Assembly (NCBI GenBank): GCA_031372565.1
Contig: JANMLN010000140.1
Location: 1-17,819, forward strand
Source: Gemmatimonadota bacterium
GTDB taxonomy: Bacteria > Gemmatimonadota > Gemmatimonadetes > Gemmatimonadales > Gemmatimonadaceae
Reading direction: 5' to 3'
DNA length: 17,819 nt
The notes under the pieces are model-generated. The model saw only the letters and a list, made by a program, of their open reading frames with translations, was not told the origin of the DNA and did not search any database. Position 1 is the first letter of the stretch, and the number at the start of each line of letters is the position of its first letter. Positions 13,720-17,819 of the stretch are shown piece by piece. The translations under genes were made by a program, and so were the position numbers.

Positions 13720-14346
13720 ATGCGCCTCGCCGCTGCTCTGACGCTCGCTGCACTCCTGCCCGCCACCGGCGCGGCCCAGACCAGCTTCTTCACCTCCCGC
13801 CTCGTGTGGGACCCCGCCTCCTCGGCCGGGATCGTGGCCGACTTCAACGCGCGTCCCATCGGCGGAACTGGCAGCTTCAGCGAGGGCGGCATCACCTTCT
13901 CCTCGCCGGGCAGCCAGCTCTACATCGTGCCCATCGGGTCCACCGACTCCAATCCCCTGCCGACCTCGCCGTATCTCGTCGGCAATGGCCCCGACATCAT
14001 CCTGATGAGCTTCGGCAGCGGCATCCGGGGGATCGGCTTCGACGTGACCTCCAACCGCTACGCCCCCGCGTCCATTGATGTCTATGGCGCCGGCAACCTG
14101 TTGCTCGGGAGCTACACCATGACGCAGGCGCCCAACAGCTACGGGTTTGTGGGCATCTCGGCAACCTCGGACATCACCTCGGTGCTGTTCACCGCCGTCA
14201 ACGGGCAGATCCAGGACGCGGGAGTGGACAACATCCGTCTGATGGGCGAGCCGACCTCCACGGTCCCCGAACCTGCCTCGCTGGCGCTGGTCGCGACCGG
14301 ACTTGGCCTCGTCGGCCTCCTGCGGCGGCGCCCGCGCCACGGATAG
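13720..14346 (+). CDS. PEP-CTERM sorting-domain surface protein
   Basis: Signal peptide MRLAAALTLAALLPATGAA-Q; Ser/Thr/Gly-rich beta region; C-terminal VPEPASLALVATGLGLVGLLRRR. Confidence 0.92.
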   Translation: MRLAAALTLAALLPATGAAQTSFFTSRLVWDPASSAGIVADFNARPIGGTGSFSEGGITFSSPGSQLYIVPIGSTDSNPLPTSPYLVGNGPDIILMSFGSGIRGIGFDVTSNRYAPASIDVYGAGNLLLGSYTMTQAPNSYGFVGISATSDITSVLFTAVNGQIQDAGVDNIRLMGEPTSTVPEPASLALVATGLGLVGLLRRRPRHG

Positions 14347-14390
14347 TTCGGCAACCAGCGGGACGCTCGATCGCGGGCCGACTGCGTCAT

Positions 14391-14433
14391 CCGGGGAATC
14401 GCGAAGGCGTCAACGGCCTTCGCGATTCCCCGG
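14391..14433. repeat. 18-bp perfect stem-loop (terminator- or REP-like)
   Basis: CCGGGGAATCGCGAAGGC-gtcaacg-GCCTTCGCGATTCCCCGG; no U-tract; part of the arm, GCGATTCCCC, recurs at 14463-14472. Confidence 0.75.
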
Positions 14434-14667
14434 GCGCGTGTTGCCCCCAACGGCGCCGCCATGCGATTCCCCCACGCATCGCGCCGCGCCATCGTCTCTC
14501 TGCTGTGCGCCGGACCGTACGTGATCACCGTCGCGACGGGTGCGAGGTATACTGAACCTGTGCCCGGGCGGTCCCTGCTGGTCCGCATCGCACTCGATCG
14601 GGCATCGTCCGGCGTACGCTGAGTCCTGCGTTCGCGGTCATCTGTTTCAGTAGGCCCACTCGACGGT

Positions 14668-16101
14668 ATGCAACGCGCGTCTCCCCGTTTCGCTTTCGCG
14701 ATCGGCATCGCCACCGTGCTTGCGGCGTGCCAGAGTGGTGGCGTGCGTCGGCCGGCCGCCGACGCGATTGTGGCAGGCCGCGTGGACAGCACCTTCGTGG
14801 TGGACACGATCAACGACGGTACCGCCGTCGGCCTCAAGAGGGCGCACTGGAGTCTGCGGCAGCACAATGCCGAGGCGCGCGACTTCTGGACGGATGTGTC
14901 GGCACTCGATGTGCCGAACGCGGAGCAGAGTGCGCGCACGATGGATCAGCGTGCATTCGTTCTGGCGTTGCGAGAATTGATGGCGAGTGAACCGAAGAAG
15001 GCCGCCGTCGCATTTGTCGCCGCGCAGAGCAGCACAACCGATGCATTGGTCCGAGCGCGCGCGCGTATCGGTCTGACGGTGGCCCTCTCCTGGTACAGCG
15101 ACTGGCCAGCACTCGCGCGCATTGCGGTGGACCCGGATACCGCCGATGTGGCGGATTCGCTGACGACGCAGGCGAGCGTGGACCGGTGGGCGCGAGCGCT
15201 GGCAAGGTTTCCCGTGCCGGAGATCGACGTGCCGGACATTCCGGTCACCTTTCCGCTGCGCCGCAGCGCCTTCGGTACTCCGGTCATCACCGTGCGCATC
15301 AACGGGCGTTCGCACGAATTCTGGCTCGATACGGGCGCGAGCCTGACCGTACTCTCAGTGGACGTGGCACGCGACGCCGGTGTCCTCCTCGCCTCTCAGG
15401 ATCCCCTCGCGCTCGGTGTGGTGACGGGCCACATCCCTGCTCGAGCGGTGCTGATTGATTCCCTGGGGTTCGGGCCCGTCGTGGCACGCGGCATCAGTGC
15501 GGCGCTCGTCAATCCAGGTGAATTGCGGTTGGATCACCGCATCGTGAATGGATCGATGGAATCAATCAAGATCGACGGCGTGATCGGCACCGATCTCCTC
15601 AGGCACCTCGACCTCGTATTGGATGCCGAGGCGGGTACGATCACCGTCCGTCGCCCGCGCGCGGATGCTCGCGTGGCGAGAAACCTCTATTGGGTGGGCT
15701 ATCCGGTCGTTCGCCTCGTCACGGTCGATGGGAGCCCCGTGCTCCTTGGTCTGGACACCGGTGCCGAGGGCTCGTATGTCACCACGGGCCTCCTGCAAAA
15801 GCTGCCCCGCACGCCGGTGGCCATGCGTCGCCGCACGATCAGGGGATTGGGCGCCGAGGAGCTGAAGACGGAGTGGGTCGCCCGCGAGCTTTCGCTGAGC
15901 GATGGCGACTACGCGCTCACGCTGGAAAATGTGCCCGTCACGCCGGAGCGACGCTTCACCTTCGTCGTGCTTGATGGGGTGATCGGAAGTGACGTCGCGC
16001 TCTCCTCGCGCCTGCACCTGGACTTCCTGAACGGCGTATTCGATGTGCGTCCGAGTTCCAGTCTTCCGCTTGGCAAGGTCAAGGTGAAGGTGGGACACTG
16101 A
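14668..16101 (+). CDS. Lipoprotein with two retropepsin-like aspartyl protease domains
   Basis: Lipobox LAA-C; FWLDTGAS...DGVIGTD and LGLDTGAE...DGVIGSD. Confidence 0.88.
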   Translation: MQRASPRFAFAIGIATVLAACQSGGVRRPAADAIVAGRVDSTFVVDTINDGTAVGLKRAHWSLRQHNAEARDFWTDVSALDVPNAEQSARTMDQRAFVLALRELMASEPKKAAVAFVAAQSSTTDALVRARARIGLTVALSWYSDWPALARIAVDPDTADVADSLTTQASVDRWARALARFPVPEIDVPDIPVTFPLRRSAFGTPVITVRINGRSHEFWLDTGASLTVLSVDVARDAGVLLASQDPLALGVVTGHIPARAVLIDSLGFGPVVARGISAALVNPGELRLDHRIVNGSMESIKIDGVIGTDLLRHLDLVLDAEAGTITVRRPRADARVARNLYWVGYPVVRLVTVDGSPVLLGLDTGAEGSYVTTGLLQKLPRTPVAMRRRTIRGLGAEELKTEWVARELSLSDGDYALTLENVPVTPERRFTFVVLDGVIGSDVALSSRLHLDFLNGVFDVRPSSSLPLGKVKVKVGH

Positions 16102-16110
16102 GCGGCCGCC

Positions 16111-16153
16111 GATGCCCGTCAACGCGCAGATCGCGCGCGTTGACGGCGGCATC
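16111..16153. terminator. Hairpin between convergent genes
   Basis: CCGTCAACGCGC (16116-16127) / GCGCGTTGACGG (16135-16146), extendable by GATGC/GCATC. Confidence 0.55.
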
Positions 16154-16174
16154 CCGCACCACGCCGCTTGGGCG

Positions 16175-17819
16175 TTACGGAACCACCCGCGTCTTCGGTG
16201 GCTCCTTCCCGACCGCTCCGATCCCGGCGTCCGACAGCTTCCGGTTGAGCGCCGGAATCTCTTCGTTGACGATGGCGTCAGACCGTGCCTTGAGCGCAGC
16301 CCACGCCTTGTCGAGTTCCGTCCGGCGCTCCTTCGCGGGCTGGTTCACCTGCGGCCGCTCACTCTCGGTCTGGTTGAGCAGGAAGATGTAGTGCGCGGTG
16401 AACTTCTGCGGGAAGTTCTCCACGTCGTCGTACACCTTCGTCCGGCGCTGGATCATCTCCTCATCCCACGCCTTGAGCTTGGCGAGGAGCGCTGTGCCGT
16501 CGCGCTTGAGGCCGGCGTATGCGGCGTCGGCCGGCAGCTCCGCGAGCACCGACGTGAGCCGTTCCTGCATCGGCAGCAGCTTGTTGACGGTCTCGTGCAT
16601 CTGCGTGAGCTCGCGCTCCATCGCGGACATGAAGGCATCGTACTCCGCGTAGCCGGCGGCATCCATCGCATAGAGCGGGTTGGCGAGGATCGCGGCCTCG
16701 GTCGTGACGGTCCGGCTTCCCAGCGTCAGGGTGAACCGATACGACCCCGGCGACGCCTTGTGTCCGCGGTAGTTCGCCTCCATGTGGACGCCGGGCACCC
16801 CCGGCATGGTCGCATGCCGGAGATCCCAGACGATCCGGTTGAGCCCCGTGGCGGTGGGGAGCACCGGGTCGGCCGGCGGGGCGCTGCCCCACGTCTTCAC
16901 GGTCGTGTCCTGCACTGACGAATAGCGCCGGACCAGCGTGCCCGCGGCGTCGCGGACCTCGAGGGTCACGCGCTCGGTCGTGTCGCGCTTCGGCAGCCGG
17001 TAGTACAGCACGATGCCGGTCGCCGGGTTGACCCCCCGGGTCAGGTCGGCACCAGTGAACGACTCATTCGACTGATCCAGTTCGCTGCCACTGTTCGTCA
17101 GCCACGCGTCCGCGGGCCGATAGAGCGCCAGGTCGGGACCATCGGCGCGATACTGCCGGAGCAGCGTCAGGTCGTCGAGCACCCAGAGCCCGCGGCCCGC
17201 AGTGGACGCGATCAGGTTGCCGCGATGGACACGCAAGTCGGTGATCGGCGTGACGGCCAGGTTGCGCTGGAACGGCGACCAGTCCTTCCCCCCGTTCCAG
17301 GAGATGTACAGCCCCAGCTCGGTGCCCGCGAAGAGCAGGTCGCGCCGCACGTCGTCTTCGCGGATCACTCGGGTGAACGCGTTCGGCGCGATCCCCGTGT
17401 TGATGCGCGTCCACGTCTGGCCGTAGTCGATGGTCTTGTAGAGCCCGGGCGTCTGATCGTTGAGCTTGTACCGCGTGGTCGCGATGTACGCCGTGCCCTT
17501 GTCGAACGGTGACACCTCGATCGCATTGATGAGGCACTCGGCGAGTCCCTTGGGCGTCACGTTCTTCCAGCTGACGCCGCCATCGCGCGTCAGGTGCACG
17601 AGTCCGTCGTCGCTCCCCGTCCAGATCACGCCGCGCTCGTGCGGCGACTCCACCACGTACGACAGGGTGCCGTAGTTCTCGGCGCCCACTCCTTCATTGG
17701 TGTAGGGGACGCCGGCCTTGCCCTGCTTCTCCTTCTCGTTCCGCGTCAAGTCGGGCGAGACTTCCGTCCACGACTTGCCCATGTCGGTCGTGTTGAGGAG
17801 GAGCTGGGCGCCGTGATAG
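16175..17819 (-). CDS. BNR/Asp-box (VPS10/YCF48-like) beta-propeller glycosyl-hydrolase-like protein, 3' part (partial)
   Basis: Asp-box repeats [42 protein letters not shown]; coiled-coil tail; the frame stays open to the window edge. Confidence 0.88.
   Translation of the reverse strand, partial: YHGAQLLLNTTDMGKSWTEVSPDLTRNEKEKQGKAGVPYTNEGVGAENYGTLSYVVESPHERGVIWTGSDDGLVHLTRDGGVSWKNVTPKGLAECLINAIEVSPFDKGTAYIATTRYKLNDQTPGLYKTIDYGQTWTRINTGIAPNAFTRVIREDDVRRDLLFAGTELGLYISWNGGKDWSPFQRNLAVTPITDLRVHRGNLIASTAGRGLWVLDDLTLLRQYRADGPDLALYRPADAWLTNSGSELDQSNESFTGADLTRGVNPATGIVLYYRLPKRDTTERVTLEVRDAAGTLVRRYSSVQDTTVKTWGSAPPADPVLPTATGLNRIVWDLRHATMPGVPGVHMEANYRGHKASPGSYRFTLTLGSRTVTTEAAILANPLYAMDAAGYAEYDAFMSAMERELTQMHETVNKLLPMQERLTSVLAELPADAAYAGLKRDGTALLAKLKAWDEEMIQRRTKVYDDVENFPQKFTAHYIFLLNQTESERPQVNQPAKERRTELDKAWAALKARSDAIVNEEIPALNRKLSDAGIGAVGKEPPKTRVVP

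Noticed and set aside
1..17819. CRISPR array, tRNA/rRNA, integron integrase
   Set aside because: No regularly spaced repeats, RNA-gene signatures or tyrosine-recombinase motifs seen.

Overview
GC-rich accessory region, probably from a Gemmatimonadota-like bacterium (inferred from the PEP-CTERM protein, Oar-like TonB receptor and lipoprotein types). The left 5.4 kb is a toxin-antitoxin-dense island. It holds the right end of an IS21-family element, a HigBA-type pair, two tandem orphan HigA2/NadS-like antitoxins, an autoinhibited Fic protein, gene debris, and a two-cassette integron remnant (lipoprotein cassette plus DUF433/PIN TA cassette) with one intact and one degenerate attC and no integrase in view. 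The middle encodes a TonB-dependent receptor directly downstream of an excisionase-HTH/TOBE (Mop) regulator, a candidate Mo/W-responsive uptake module. This is followed by a 2-TM protein, a SAM methyltransferase and a decaying cluster of secreted glycine-zipper paralogs. The right part has a VapBC pair next to a PEGA-domain remnant, a PEP-CTERM gene with a sigma-54 promoter match, a two-domain retropepsin-like lipoprotein and the 3' part of a BNR/VPS10-type propeller protein. All calls come from reading motifs by eye; no searches were run.
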